Origin: Mobula hypostoma
Taxonomy: Eukaryota
Direction of reading: 5' to 3'
Length of the DNA stretch: 64,000 bases
Assembly (NCBI RefSeq): GCF_963921235.1
Contig: NC_086097.1
Span: 168,642,001 to 168,706,000, forward strand
Part shown: piece after piece, positions 24,190 to 36,774 of the stretch
Layout of the letters: each line of letters starts with the position of its first letter
Numbering within the stretch: position 1 is the first letter of the stretch
Made by a program: the position numbers and the translations under genes
The notes under the pieces: model-generated
The model's database searches: none
What the model was told of the DNA's origin: nothing
The model's input: the letters and a program-made list of their open reading frames with translations, nothing else

Positions 24190-24890
24190 TATGACCCGTG
24201 TTTCCATCCAGGGGGTTAGTGTGGACATGGTGGAGGATTACAAATACCTGGGGATACAAATTGACAATAAACTGGACTGGTCAAAGAACACTGAGGCTAT
24301 CTACAAGAAGGGTCAGAGCTGTCTTTATTTCCTGAGGAGACTGAGGTCCTTTAACATCTGCCGGACGATGCTGAGGATGTTCTACGAGTCTGTAGTGACC
24401 AGTACAATCATGTTTGCTGCTGTGTGCTGGGGCAGCAGGCTGAGGGTAGCAGACACCAACAGAATCAACAAACTCATTCGTAAGGCCAGTGATGTTGTGG
24501 GGATGGAACTGGACTCTCTGACGGTGGTGTCTGAAAAGAGGATGCTGTCCAAGTTGCATGCCATCTTGGACAATGTCTCCCATCCACTACATAATGTACT
24601 GGGTGGGCACAGGAGTACATTCAGCCAGAGACTCATTCCTCCGAGATGCAGCACAGAGCGTCATAGGAAGTCACTCCTGCCTGTGGTCATCAAACTTTAC
24701 AACTCCTCCCTTGGAGGGTCAGACACCCTGAGCCAATAGGCTGGTCCTGGGCTTATTTCCTGGCATAATTTACATATTATTATTTAATTATTTATAGTTT
24801 TATATTGCTATATCTATACTCTATTCTTGGTTGGTGCAACTGTAACGAAACCCAATTTCCCTCGGGATCAATAAAGTATGACTATGACTT
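24190..24890 (+). mobile_element. Young 5'-truncated Rex1/Babar LINE
   Basis: Uninterrupted ORF 24191-24739 (YKYLGIQIDNKLDWSKN..LYFLRRLRSF..FYESVV); 3' end caataaagtatgactatgact. Confidence 0.9.
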
Positions 24891-26169
24891 ATCAAGGTGT
24901 CCCATTATTGTCAGGATGTCCACATTCCACAAAATAGTTTAAATAATTCTGCTAAATTGTTTTACGACCTTCTGAATCAGTAAGCTCAAATCAATTTTTA
25001 AGGTGGAGTACATGGAAGAATTTGAATAGAACTTGTAGTCTGTTATTCTATCTGCTAATGGACACTGAGTTTAAAGAAGCTTAATTATTTGTGGTCTCTG
25101 ACATTAGGTTCCCATGTAATCAATTTCAAAGGAGTTAAGTTTTAATGCTGCACAAACCTGGCCAATTCAAAGCCACAACTTCTAAGGCAATAAGCTGTGC
25201 AACTTAATTCACTCAATTTCTCCATCTGCGATTTAGATTAAATTTATCAGATCTGAAGCAGCTGAAGAAAGCTGGTCAATAAACTCTTAAAACTGCACAT
25301 CAAATTTAATCCCATCCCAGATTCTTGGGCTTGATAATATGACACAAGCTGATTTTGGACTTCCCTGAAATTCACTGACATTTGTTTTATAGTTCACAAG
25401 GATATGAGCAAACCAATGGGCCTTGGAATAATGGTCCATAGAAAACTTGGAGGCCCTTTGGGATTAAAAAAAGTCTTCTGCTGTAAACATTGAATGACCA
25501 ATATTGCAACTCTGCATCAGAAATTCAGTTGAATTAACATTAGGGATGAACTTCCAGCCTTTACTCTCAAAGAATTATATTAATTTTGACATTTTCTGGT
25601 AACATACAAGATTTACGGTTAGAATCACACAACACAGGAACAGACCCTTCCACTGTGTTCATGCTTTCCCATTTGATGCCAATACCAACAGGTGGCACTG
25701 TGGCCACTATTAGGTACAGGGGGTCCAGGAACCTGTACATGTTGTGGTGACCAAGGACGTCTTGAAACCTATTAATCCTTACAAGGTGGTGCCACAAATC
25801 CAAGGAACACTGACTGCCATCTTCCAATGTTACTCTTCCTTTGTTGCCTCCTTATTCAGATGTGTGGCTCACAATACACATCATCTTCTGCACTTCATGC
25901 ATTGAATATAGCACAATGAGTGAAACAATACAGTGCAAAAAGATACTTACATCTAACTGCATAGGACTTCCCCTCTTACAATAACAACATTCCTTTTTAT
26001 ATGATTTCTTAATTTTTTTTTCTTAGACAAACTACCTTAAAAGAAACTATTGTAGCTTGGTAAACTTTCATTCCTAGTATCTTTTAGATTCTAGTGGATT
26101 CTGGTTAATTGGGACACACTGGGTCCAGTACATTTTGGCCCAATTAAGCAGCTGGCAGTTGATAGTTGT

Positions 26170-26590
26170 ACCTGATGATAACAGGAAACCTGTGCAGAAG
26201 AATTTTTAAAGTGGAAAAACCGTTGCACTGGGGCAGTTCCACACTCTTGACCTTGGAAATTTGGGTCCAGTGGTTTGAGTAGCAACTGGGGACTTCCCAG
26301 GTTGCAGGGATAACCACGACTTCTGTGCCTCATCATGCCCTTCGCTCTCCAAGTGGTGTTGCAAAACAGTCTTCCTAGCCACTGGATCTCCGGCAGATGT
26401 CATCTGCCCAGAGCACTGGAGTTGACTTTGCATGCTAGGACAGGCATGTTCCTATCTCACCGGGGTACGAGACCCGCCGACTACCCTCACCTGGTTTAGC
26501 CTGCCTCTCGAGGGTGTGTACTGGGGTATGACCACTGTCCCATTCAAACAGCTACTTGGAGCCACAAGCAAGAGTTGGGTGTCTGTTGGT
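26170..26590 (-). mobile_element. Possible RTE 5'-region-derived non-autonomous element
   Basis: Minus strand ggctaaaccaggtgagggtag resembles RTE 5' regions as I recall them; no RT ORF. Confidence 0.35.
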
Positions 26591-28479
26591 GACCTATAGT
26601 AACAGTATACAACAGAGTAGTGTCTGCTGTATTGAACTTGCACACCAATCTTTGTCTTACTTCTTCCTGACCTCATGGAGAAGATATTTGGGTCAGCGAC
26701 ATTGTCTTTCTGCTTTTTGATGACCTGGCCAGTGATTTCATTTTACCCAAGATGCACTTAGAATAGCAACAAAGAATCTGATTAGAGTTGTCTTGAACAC
26801 TTAACCGCATTTCTTTCAGCCCACACTTTCTCAGAAACTGTAGGAAGCATGTCACAAAGGTAAATCTGTATTGTTCTGCAAGCTCTGGGTGCTCTTTGTT
26901 AGTGATTTGCATTCCATGGTTATTTCTCAGCTTCTCAGGAATTTGTTGTTGTGTGGAATCACTGTGGTTAGTGTAGCGCCAAGGTTTCCCATTCTTCAGC
27001 TCCCACAGTGTGCCACTAATACACAACTCACCTACCCTTATTGTTTGTTAAACTCTTAGAGCCTAGTATCCCATTTTGAGGCATTTGCTTGCATCTCTGG
27101 GGCGCAATGATTCTGGATCCAAACTAACAGACCATCACTGGCTGACCAATAGCACCTTGCATCTGTCTGTGTGTCTTTCACCTTTTCAGGTCTCCCCCAT
27201 GTCATTCACTGACAGTATCTCAATGACTCCTGTGTTTCTCAGTCTCCTCTCAGATACTCACACACATCTCTCTTCTCTCCTGAAACTCTCACCTTTAGTT
27301 TTTCCTGCAGTGATACTTGGAGTATCCTCAATGCACTCTTTGCCTGATTTAGACTTCAGAATTAAAGCCACAGCTCAGCAGTCTAATCTTATCAGATTCC
27401 TCATTCAGCCCTTTACTTCTTCACCTATCACCTATCAGCTTCTTGTATCATTCCCTCCCTCACCCACCTTCCCCCCTCATGTGGGCTCACCTATCACCTG
27501 TACTCATTTTATTCTGTCTTCTGCCCCTTCCTTTCCAGTCCTGATAAAAGATCTCAGCCTGAATCATTCACTGTTTATATCCCTCCACAAAATTCTGCCT
27601 GACCTGCTGATTTTGTGTGTAATATGTAGTTATAGACTCACACAGCATGGGAACAGACCCTTTGGCCCAACCCTTCCACACCAACCAAGGTTTCTACCTG
27701 AGCAAGTCCCAGGTGCTTGTGTTTGGCCCATATTCCTCAATACTTCCCCAATCCATGTGCTAGCATCTGCAGAATCTTGCATTAGCAGTCTTGTTGGTGG
27801 CCAGTTTCAACACTGGAAGGACGCCAGGTTACTCCAAGAAACAGGATCAGCCCAGGGCTAGCTGAGAGATTTCAAACCCCAACAACCTTCCATAAACCCA
27901 GCAATAATGTCCTGGAAATCCTAGAAAATTTAATGATGAAAAGAGATTCATTTATCCGTCCTGCCTGCTCCTACACTTCCCGCTACAGAACCCACTTTGG
28001 ATCCAACACAGTGTTCCTGTGTAGATTTCTTCTGGAGGTCAGTGATCAATTGCTACTACATCTTTTTCCTCATATAGGCAAGGTGTGAAATTCCTCAGAT
28101 CCATGCCCATTACTAAAACGTCCCTTTCCATGTTGGTGCATCTCATTTCTATTGATGCAGGTGCCTTAGACACAAAGACCACCAGCCCATGACCTTGTTC
28201 TACAGCTGCTACCACACCTCTCACAGAAACAGCTACGTGCACTGTAAATTCAGACGGCTACACATCTCCCAAGGGAGAAGTTAATACTTAACTTATACTT
28301 ATGATCAAAGATCAAAATGTTCCTTGTAGAGAAGTTTTAACTGTTCCATTGAGCTGGCAAACATTAAAGGAAGTTTTTCAATTGTGACTTATGTGAGATT
28401 TCCCACAAATTGACACCTTGACCCCACAGATGGTGACTGTAAATAATTAAAGGAAGCATATCTATAGTGCCTTGAAAAC

Positions 28480-30438
28480 CTGAGGACTGGGAGAAATTCA
28501 GAGTTCAGCAGAGGAGGACAAAGGGCTTAATTAGGAAGGGGAAAAAAGATTATGAGAGAAAACTGGCGGAGAACATAAAAACGGACTGTAAAAGCTTTTA
28601 TAGATATGTAAAAAGGAAAAGACTGGTAAAGACAAATGTAGGTCCCCTGCAGACAGAAACAGGTGAATTGATTATGGGGAGCAAGGACATGGCAGACCAA
28701 TTGAATAATTACTTTGGTTCTGTCTTCACTAAGGAGGACATAAATAATCTTCCAGAAATAGTAAGGGACAGAGGGTCCAGTGAGATGGAGGAACTGAGTG
28801 AAATACATGTTAGTAGGGAAGTGGTGTTAGGTAAATTGAAGGGATTGAAGGCAGATAAATCCCCAGGGCCAGATGGTCTGCATCCTAGAGTGCTTAAGGA
28901 AGTAGCCCAAGAAATAGTGGATGCATTAGTGATAATTTTTCAAAACTCGTTAGATTCTGGACTAGTTCCTGAGGATTGGAGGGTGGCTAATGTAACCCCA
29001 CTTTTTAAAAAAGGAGGGAGAAAGAAACCGGGGAATTATAGACCAGTTAGCCTAACATCGGTGGTGGGGAAACTGCTGGAGTCAGTTATCAAGGATGTGA
29101 TAACAGCACATTTGGAAAGCGGTGAAATCATCGGACAAAGTCAGCATGGATTTGTGAAAGGAAAATCATGTCTGACGAATCTCATAGAATTTTTTGAGGA
29201 TGTAACTAGTAGAGTGGATAGGGGAGAACCAGTGGATGTGGTATATTTGGATTTTCAAAAGGCTTTTGACAAGGTCCCACACAGGAGATTAGTGTGCAAA
29301 CTTAAAGCACATGGTATTGGGGGTAAGGTATTGGTGTGGGTGGAGAATTGGTTAGCAGACAGGAAGCAAAGAGTGGGAATAAATGGGACCTTTTCAGAAT
29401 GGCAGGCGGTGACTCGTGGGGTACCGCAAGGCTCAGTGTTGGGACCCCAGCTGTTTACAATATATATTAATGACGTGGATGAGGGAATTAAATGCAGCAT
29501 CTCCAAGTTTGCGGATGACACGAAGCTGGGTGGCAGTGTTAGCAGTGAGGAGGATGCTAAGAGGATGCAGGGTGACTTGGATAGGTTGGGTGAGTGGGCA
29601 AACTCATGGCAGATGCAATTTAATGTGGATAAATGTGAAGTTATCCACTTTGGTGGCAAAAATAGGAAAACAGATTATTATCTGAATGGTGGCCGATTAG
29701 GAAAAGGGGAGGTGCAACGAGACCTGGGTTCATTATACACCAGTCATTGAAAGTGGGCATGCAGGTACAGCAGGCGGTGAAAAAGGCGAATGGTATGCTG
29801 GCATTTATAGCGAGAGGATTCAAGTACAGGAGCAGGGAGGTACTACTGCAGTTGTACAAGGCCTTGGTGAGACCACACCTGGAGTATTGTGTGCAGTTTT
29901 GGTCCCCTAATCTGAGGAAAGACATCTTTGCCATAGAGGGAGTACAAAGAAGGTTCACCAGATTGATTCCTGGGATGGCAGGACTTTCATATGAAGAAAG
30001 ACTGGATGAACTGGGCTTGTACTCATTGGAATTTAGAAGATTGAGGGGGGATCTGATTGAAACGTATAAGATCCTAAAGGGATTGGACAGGCTAGATGCA
30101 GGAAGATTGTTCCCGATGTTGGGGAAGTCCAGAACGAGGGGTCACAGTTTGAGGATAGAGGGGAAGCCTTTTAGGACCGAGATTAGGAAAAACTTCTTCA
30201 CACAGAGAGTGGTGAATCTGTGGAATTCTCTGCCACAGGAAACTGTTGAGGCCAGTTCATTGGCTATGTTTAAGAGGGAGTTAGATATGGCCCTTGTGGC
30301 TACAGGGGTCAGGGGGTATGGAGGGAAGGCTGGGGCGGGGTTCTGAGTTGGATGATCAGCCATGATCATAATAAATGGCGGTGCAGGCTTGAAGGGCCGA
30401 ATGGCCTACTCCTGCACCTATTTTTTATGTTTCTATAT
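28480..30438 (+). mobile_element. Young 5'-truncated CR1 LINE, near-intact RT and complete 3' end
   Basis: ORFs 28668-29750 (360 aa) and 29747-30346 (199 aa) split by one frameshift near 29728; 3' UTR gaagggccgaatggcctactcctgcacctatt. Confidence 0.97.
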
Positions 30439-30544
30439 TGGGTGATTTCAGCCAATCTGACCTCTGATGTCATGTAATATTTGTGGTTGCAAATTTCTCA
30501 CAACATAAAGTTATGAGGATCTGATAATCAGATAATCCATTTGT

Positions 30545-30795
30545 GCTGATATTAGTCGAGGGATAACTATTGGTCAAGAGAATGACAACTCCACTCTTTC
30601 CTCAGGATAACATCATGGGATCCTCTACATCAATCTCAGGAGATGGGGTGCCTGTCTCAGCAACAAGAGCACCCATGGCAGCGTAGCACACCCTCACTAC
30701 TGCACTTCAGTCCAAGACTCGACTGTTGTGCTCAGACCTCCAAAGTGGGATCATCCTTCTGACTTAGAGGCAGAGTTTCAGCCCATGCTGAGGAG
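30545..30795 (-). mobile_element. Deu-domain SINE remnant (SacSINE1/AmnSINE-like)
   Basis: catgggatcctctacatc..gcagcgtagcacaccctcactactgcac..gtgctcagacctccaaagtgggat..ccttctgacttagaggcagag follows the reverse DeuSINE consensus as recalled. Confidence 0.65.
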
Positions 30796-31109
30796 ATCAC
30801 AGCAACCATAGGACTAGAGGGATTTTTTTTATATATAAAAGTCAGTATCTTCAAAAATTAGCCCAGTATAATGCACACTTATTAATTCCTCAATACAGCC
30901 AATTTCAACTCTGGATGGGCACCAGGCTACTCCAGGAGACATGGTCATTCCAGGACAACATTGACAGACTTCAAACACCAAAAAACCTCCATAAATCCAG
31001 CAAAAATACCTCAAAAATTTGATGATAAAAATGGGGCTATTTGGCCCATTATCTCTACCCTCTTGTTTCCTGCTACAGAAGCTATTTTGAATCCAATTCA
31101 TCTTTCTCC

Positions 31110-32555
31110 ACAAGACATGGAAACAGATTTAGGCCATTCAGCTCATCAAGTATGCCCATTATTTCACCATGGCTGATCCATTTCCCTCTCAATCCCATTC
31201 TCCTGTCTTTTCTCTATAACCTCTGACATCTGGACTAATTAAGAACCTATCAACCTCTGCCTTAAATATACCCAACAATTTGGCCTGCACAGCCAGTGGT
31301 GGCAATGAATTCCACAGACTCACCACCATCTCGCTAAAGAAATTCCTCATCTTTGCTCTAAATGGTTACCCCTCTATTCTGAGATTGTGCTCTCGGATCC
31401 TAAACTCGCCCACTATAAGAAACATCCTCTCCACATCCACTCTGTCGAGACCTTTCAACATTTGGTAGGTTTCAATTAAATCACCCAAGATTCTTCAAAA
31501 TTTCAATGAGTACAGGCCCAGAGACAATACTCCTCATATGATAACTCTTTCATTCCCAGAATCATTCTCGTAAACCTCCATTGTCAGCACATCCTTTCTT
31601 AGGTAAGGGGCCCCAAACTGCTTACAATACTCCAAGTGGGGCCTCACCAGAACCTTATAAAGCTTCAGCATTGGATCCTTGCTTTTATATTCTAGTCCTC
31701 TCAAAATGAATACTAACATTGCATTTGTCTTCCTCACCACAGACTCAACCTGCAAGTTAACCTTTAGGGAATCCTGCATGACTTCTGAGCCCTTTGCACC
31801 TCAGATCTTTGAATTTTCTTCCCATCTAGAAAATTGTCTACACTTTTATTCTTTCCTCCAAAGTGCATGACCATACACTTCTCAACACTATATTCCATCT
31901 GACACTTCTTTGCCCATTCTCCTAATCTGTTTAAGTTCTTTTGTCGCCTTTTTACTTCCTCAACATTACCTGCCCCTTCACTTATCTTTGTAGCATATGC
32001 AAACCTGGCCACAAAGCCATCAATTCCGTCATCCAAATCATTGACAAACAATGCAAAAAGCAGTCGCAACAGCGGCAACTGCGGAACACCACTAGTCACC
32101 GAAAGCCAAGCAGAAAAGGCTCCATTTATTCCCACTCTTTGCCTTCTACCAATCAGCCAATCCTCTATCCATGCTAGCATCTTTCCTGTAATACCATGGG
32201 CTTTTATCTTGCTAAGCAGTTTCAAGTGTGGCACCTTTAACTGTTAAAGACCTTCTGAAAACCCAAGTGCGGAACATCCACCAATTCTCCTTTGTCTATC
32301 CTGCTTTTATTTCCTCAAAGGATTCCAACACATTTGTCAGATAAGATTTTCCCTTAAGGAATCCATGCTGATTTTTGCCTATTTTATCATGTGCCTCCAA
32401 GTACTGCAAAACTACATTCTTAGCAATCATCTCCAATATCTTCCCAACCACTGCTGTCAGGCTAACTGGCCTACAATTCCCTTTCTTCTGCCTCCCTCCC
32501 TTCTTGAAGAGTGAAGTGCCATTTGGAATTTTCCAGTCCTCCATAACCATGTGAG
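31110..32555 (-). mobile_element. CR1 LINE fragment
   Basis: ORFs EDWKIPNGTSLFKKGGRQKKGNCRPVSLT, SGVPQ, RPHLEYC. Confidence 0.9.
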
Positions 32556-33090
32556 AATCGATTCTCCCTTGGATCCTTAGAGCTTTAATTTTTTATTGTC
32601 CTGGTTGCCACTTGGAGCATTTATAGGCCTGCTGAAGATCCAGGAGCTTCAAACACACCAGCCTAATTGACCCTTCAAGTTCAGTTTGTTGTCATTCAAC
32701 CACACACATGTAACCCCACGAACAAAACTATGTTCCTCTGGACCAAGCTTCACAACACGATACACATGACACAAAGTAATATTACCACTAGTAAACTAAT
32801 AAGTAAGGTGCATTTATGACACAAGTCAAAAAGTAAACAACATAACACCATTGGCGCTTCATGTGTGATGAGACCTGGGGTGGCAGGGAGTTCTGTGATC
32901 TTATGGTCTGGGTGAAGGAGCCGTTTCCCATCCTAACAATTCTTGTCCAAATGCTATGGCATTTCCTATCTGATAGCAAGCGGGGGAGGGGGAGAGAAAG
33001 AGTCAAAGAGATTATTGGATGGACAGATGGGAAGGATCACTGACAATGCTGAGGGCCCTAAGCATGCATCAATCCTGATAAATATCTGAT

Positions 33091-34466
33091 GCAACACATA
33101 TAAAAATTGCTGGTGAACGCAGCAGGCCAGGCAGCATCTCTAGGAAGAGGTACTGTCGACGTTTCGGGCTGAGACCCTTCTTCAGGACTAACTGAAAGAA
33201 GAGCTAGTAAGAGATTTGAAAGTGGGAGGGGGAGGGGGAGATCCAAAAAGATAGGAGAAGACAGGAGGGGGAGGGAAGGAGCCAAGAGCTGGACAATTGA
33301 TTGGCAAATGGGATATGAGAGGATCATGGGACAGGAGGCCCAGGGAGAAAGAAAAGGGGGAGGGGGAGAAAAAAGCCCAGAGGATGGGCAAGGGGTATAG
33401 TCAGAGGGACAGAGGGAGAAAAAGGAGAGAGAGAGAGAAAAAAAAAGAATGTGTATATAAATAAATAACAGATGGGGTACGAGGGGGAGGTGGGGTATTA
33501 GCGGAAGTTAGAGAAGTCAATGTTCAAGCCATCAGGTTGGAGGCTACCCAGACAGAATATAAGGTGTTGTTCCTCCAACTTGAGTGTAGCTTCATCTTTA
33601 CAGTAGAGGAGGCTGTGGATAGACATATCAGAATGGGAATGGGATGTGGAATTAAAATGTGTGGCCACTGGGAGATCCTGCTTTCTCTGGCGGACAGAGC
33701 GTAGGTGTTCAGCAAAGCAGTCTCCCAATCTGCGTCAGGTCTCGCCAATATATAGAAGGCCACATCGGGAGCACCAGACGCAGTATATCACCCCAGCCGA
33801 CTCACAGGTGAAGTGTCGCCTCACCTGGAAGGACTGTTTGGGGCCCTGAATGGTGGTAAGGGAGGAAGTGTAGGGCATGTGTAGCACTTGTTCCGCTTAC
33901 AAGGGTAAGTACCAGCAGGGAGATCGGTGGGGAGGGATGGCGGGGGACGGGGACAAATGGACAAGGGAGTCGCATAGGGAGCGATCCCTGCGGAAAGCCG
34001 GGGGGGGGCGGGGAGGAGGGAAAGATGTGCTTAGTGGTGGGATCCTGTTGGAGGTGGCGGAAATTGCGGAGAATTATATGTTGGACCCGGAGGCTGGTGG
34101 GGTGGTAGGTGAGGACAAGGGGAACCCTATTCCTAGTGGGGTGGCGGGAGAATGGAGTGAGAGCAGATGTGTGTGAAATGGGGGAGATGCGTTTTAGAGC
34201 AGAGTTGATGGTGGAGGAAGGGAAGTCCCTTTCTTTAAAAAAGGAGGACATCTCCCTCGTTCTGGAATGAAAAGCCTCATCCTGAGAGCAGATGCGGCGG
34301 AGACAGAGGAATTGCGAGAAGGGGATGGCGTTTTTGCAAGAGACAGGGTGAGAAGAGGAATAGTCCAGATAGCTGTGAGAGTCAGTAGGCTTATAGTAGA
34401 CATCAGTAGATAAGCTGTCTCCAGAGATAGAGACAGAAAGATGTAGAAAGGGGAGGGAGGTGTCGG
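33091..34466 (-). mobile_element. Young 5'-truncated Penelope-like element (GIY-YIG endonuclease region)
   Basis: Minus strand CESAGVIYCVWCSRCGLLYIGET..LGDCFAEHL..ATHFN..LGSLQPDGLNIDFSNFR*; TSD aaatatctgat (33080-33090, 34467-34477). Confidence 0.93.
33153..33190 (-). ncRNA. Minimal hammerhead ribozyme motif
   Basis: Minus strand uaguc-CUGAAGA-agggucucagccc-GAAAC-GUC-gacag. Confidence 0.78.
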
Positions 34467-35268
34467 AAATATCTGATGTGTGGAAGAGAAACGTTGATGA
34501 TCCTCTCAGCAGTACTCACAATCCTTTGTTGGTCTTACAGTCAGATGCCTTGCAATTCCCGTACCAGATGGTGATGAAGCTGGTTAGGACACCCTCGATG
34601 GTGCTCCTGTAAAAACTGGTTTGGTTGGTGGAGGTGGGGGGGGGGTCACTCACCTCAGTCTTTTCAGGAAATGGAGACACTGCTGTGTTTTCTTGACCAA
34701 AGAGAGGTGGTGTTGAGGAACCAGGTGGGATCATTCATTATGTGCACTCCCAGAAACTTGGTGCTCTTAACTCCCTCCAAGGACGAGCTGTGTACGTGCA
34801 GTGAGGAGTGGACAGCCTGCACCTTCTTAAAGTCTACAATTCTCTCTTTGGTCTTGTCCATATTGACACTCTAGTTGTGCTCACATTGTTCTACCATCTG
34901 CTCTACCTCCCCTCCATACATGTTCTCATCATCATTGTTGATGAGGCCAGCCACTACTGTATCAACAGCGAACTTGATTTGGTTTAATCGGGATCTAACA
35001 ATACAGTCATGCATCAGCGAACTTGATTTGATTTAATCAGGATCTAATAATATTCATGCGTCAGCAGCGTGAACAGCGGTGGGCTGAACACGCAGCCCTG
35101 GGAAGCACCAGTGATGGAGCTAAAGACGTTTCTGCCAACACAGTCTAACTGCGGCCTTTCTGTCAAGAAGTCTAAGATCAGTTACACAGCGAGGTGTTGA
35201 GACCCAATGAGGACAGTTTATCTACCAGCTTCTGAGGTATGATCGTATTAAATGTCAAGCTGAAGTCG

Positions 35269-36220
35269 ATAAGACCATAAGACAAAGGAGCAGAAGTCGG
35301 CCATTCAGCCCATCAAGTCTGCTCCGCCATTTTATCATGAGCTGATCCATTCTCCCATTTAGTCCCACTCCCCCGCCTTCTCACCATAACCTTTGATGCC
35401 CTGGCTACTCAGATACCTATCAATCTCTGCCTTAAATACACCCAATGACTTGGCCTCCACTGCTGCCCGTGGCAACAAATTCCATAGATTCACCACCCTC
35501 TGACTAAAAAAATTTTTTCGCATTTCTGTTCTGAATGGGTGCCCTTCAATCCTGAAGTCATGCCCTCTCGTGCTAGACTCCCCCATCATGGGAAACAAAT
35601 TTGCCACATCCACTCTGTCCATGACTTTCAACATTCGAAATGTTTCTATAAGGTCTTCCCTCATTCTTCTAAACTCCAAGGAATACAGTCCAAGAGCGGA
35701 CAAACGTTCCTCATATGTTAACCCTCTCATTCCCAGAATCATTCCAGTGAATCTTCTCTGTACCCTCCCCAACGTCAGCACATCCCTTCTTAAATAAGGA
35801 GACCAAAACTGCCCACAGTACTCCAAGTGAGGTCTCACCAGCACCTTATAGAGCCTCAACTTCACATCCCTGCTGCTATACTCTATTCCTCTAGACATGA
35901 ATGCCAACATTGCATTCACCTTCTTCACCACCAACTCAACCTGGAGGTTAACCTTAAGGGTATCCTGTACGAGGACTCCCAAGTCCCGTTGCATCTCAGA
36001 ACTTTGAATTCTTTCCCCATTTAAATAATAGTCTGCCCATTTATTTTTTCTGCCAAAGTGCATAACCATACACTTTCCAACATTGTATTTCATTTGCCAC
36101 TTCTTAGCCCATTCTTCCAATCAATCCAAGTCTCTCTGCAGACTGTTTCCTCAGCACTACCAGCCCCTCCACCTATCTTCGTATCGTCAGCAAACTTAGC
36201 CACAAAGCCATCTATTCCAT
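35269..36220 (-). mobile_element. Young CR1 3' fragment inserted in Rex1/Babar
   Basis: ORF 35359-36120 (253 aa) is the CR1 ORF2 C-terminus; tail (tcttatgg)n on minus strand. Confidence 0.93.
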
Positions 36221-36774
36221 AATCAGCAGCCTCGCATATGAGGCACCATTTTCTAGGTAGGACAAGACAGAGTGGAGGGCAGAGGCTATGGCATCATCAG
36301 TGGACCAATTTGAGCAATAAGCAAACTGGAAAGGGTCCAATGTAGCAAGAAGATGTGATTTAATGTGATCCATAACCAGCCGCTCAAAGCATTTTATTAT
36401 TGTTGAGGTCAGTGCAACTGGAAGGCAGTCACTGAGGCAGGTTACTGTTGTCCTCCTGGGCACCGGGACAATGGTGGCTGTCTTGAAGTCTAAGGGGACG
36501 GTGGGTTGTTCTAGAGAGATGTTGAAGATGTCTACTAGAACCTTAGTTAACTGGTTACGCCATTAAGCTCATGGGGAAGACAGACAGGGTGGTTTTACTC
36601 ATGTCAATACTCAGCATCAATCTAATTCCCTCCACAGATTCAACTTAGAAAATGCCACAGATACACAGCAGCTCAGGAAATGTGCGGACTAAGAAATAGA
36701 GTTAGCGCTTCACATCAAAGACCTTTCAATGTTTCACCCCTCCCTCAGCTTCTCAATAATTCAAGATTAACTTA

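Larger units (their letters stand above)
32675..36560 (-). mobile_element. Degraded Rex1/Babar LINE hosting Penelope-like and CR1 insertions
   Basis: PVALTSTIIKCFERLV..LDPFQFAY (36212-36463); TKERIVDF..KFLGVHI (34664-34861); FYRSTIEGVLTSFITIWYGNC. Confidence 0.85.

Noticed and set aside
27076..27861. 261-aa ORF
   Set aside because: Runs through pyrimidine-rich PLE and CR1-tail remnants; low-complexity chance ORF
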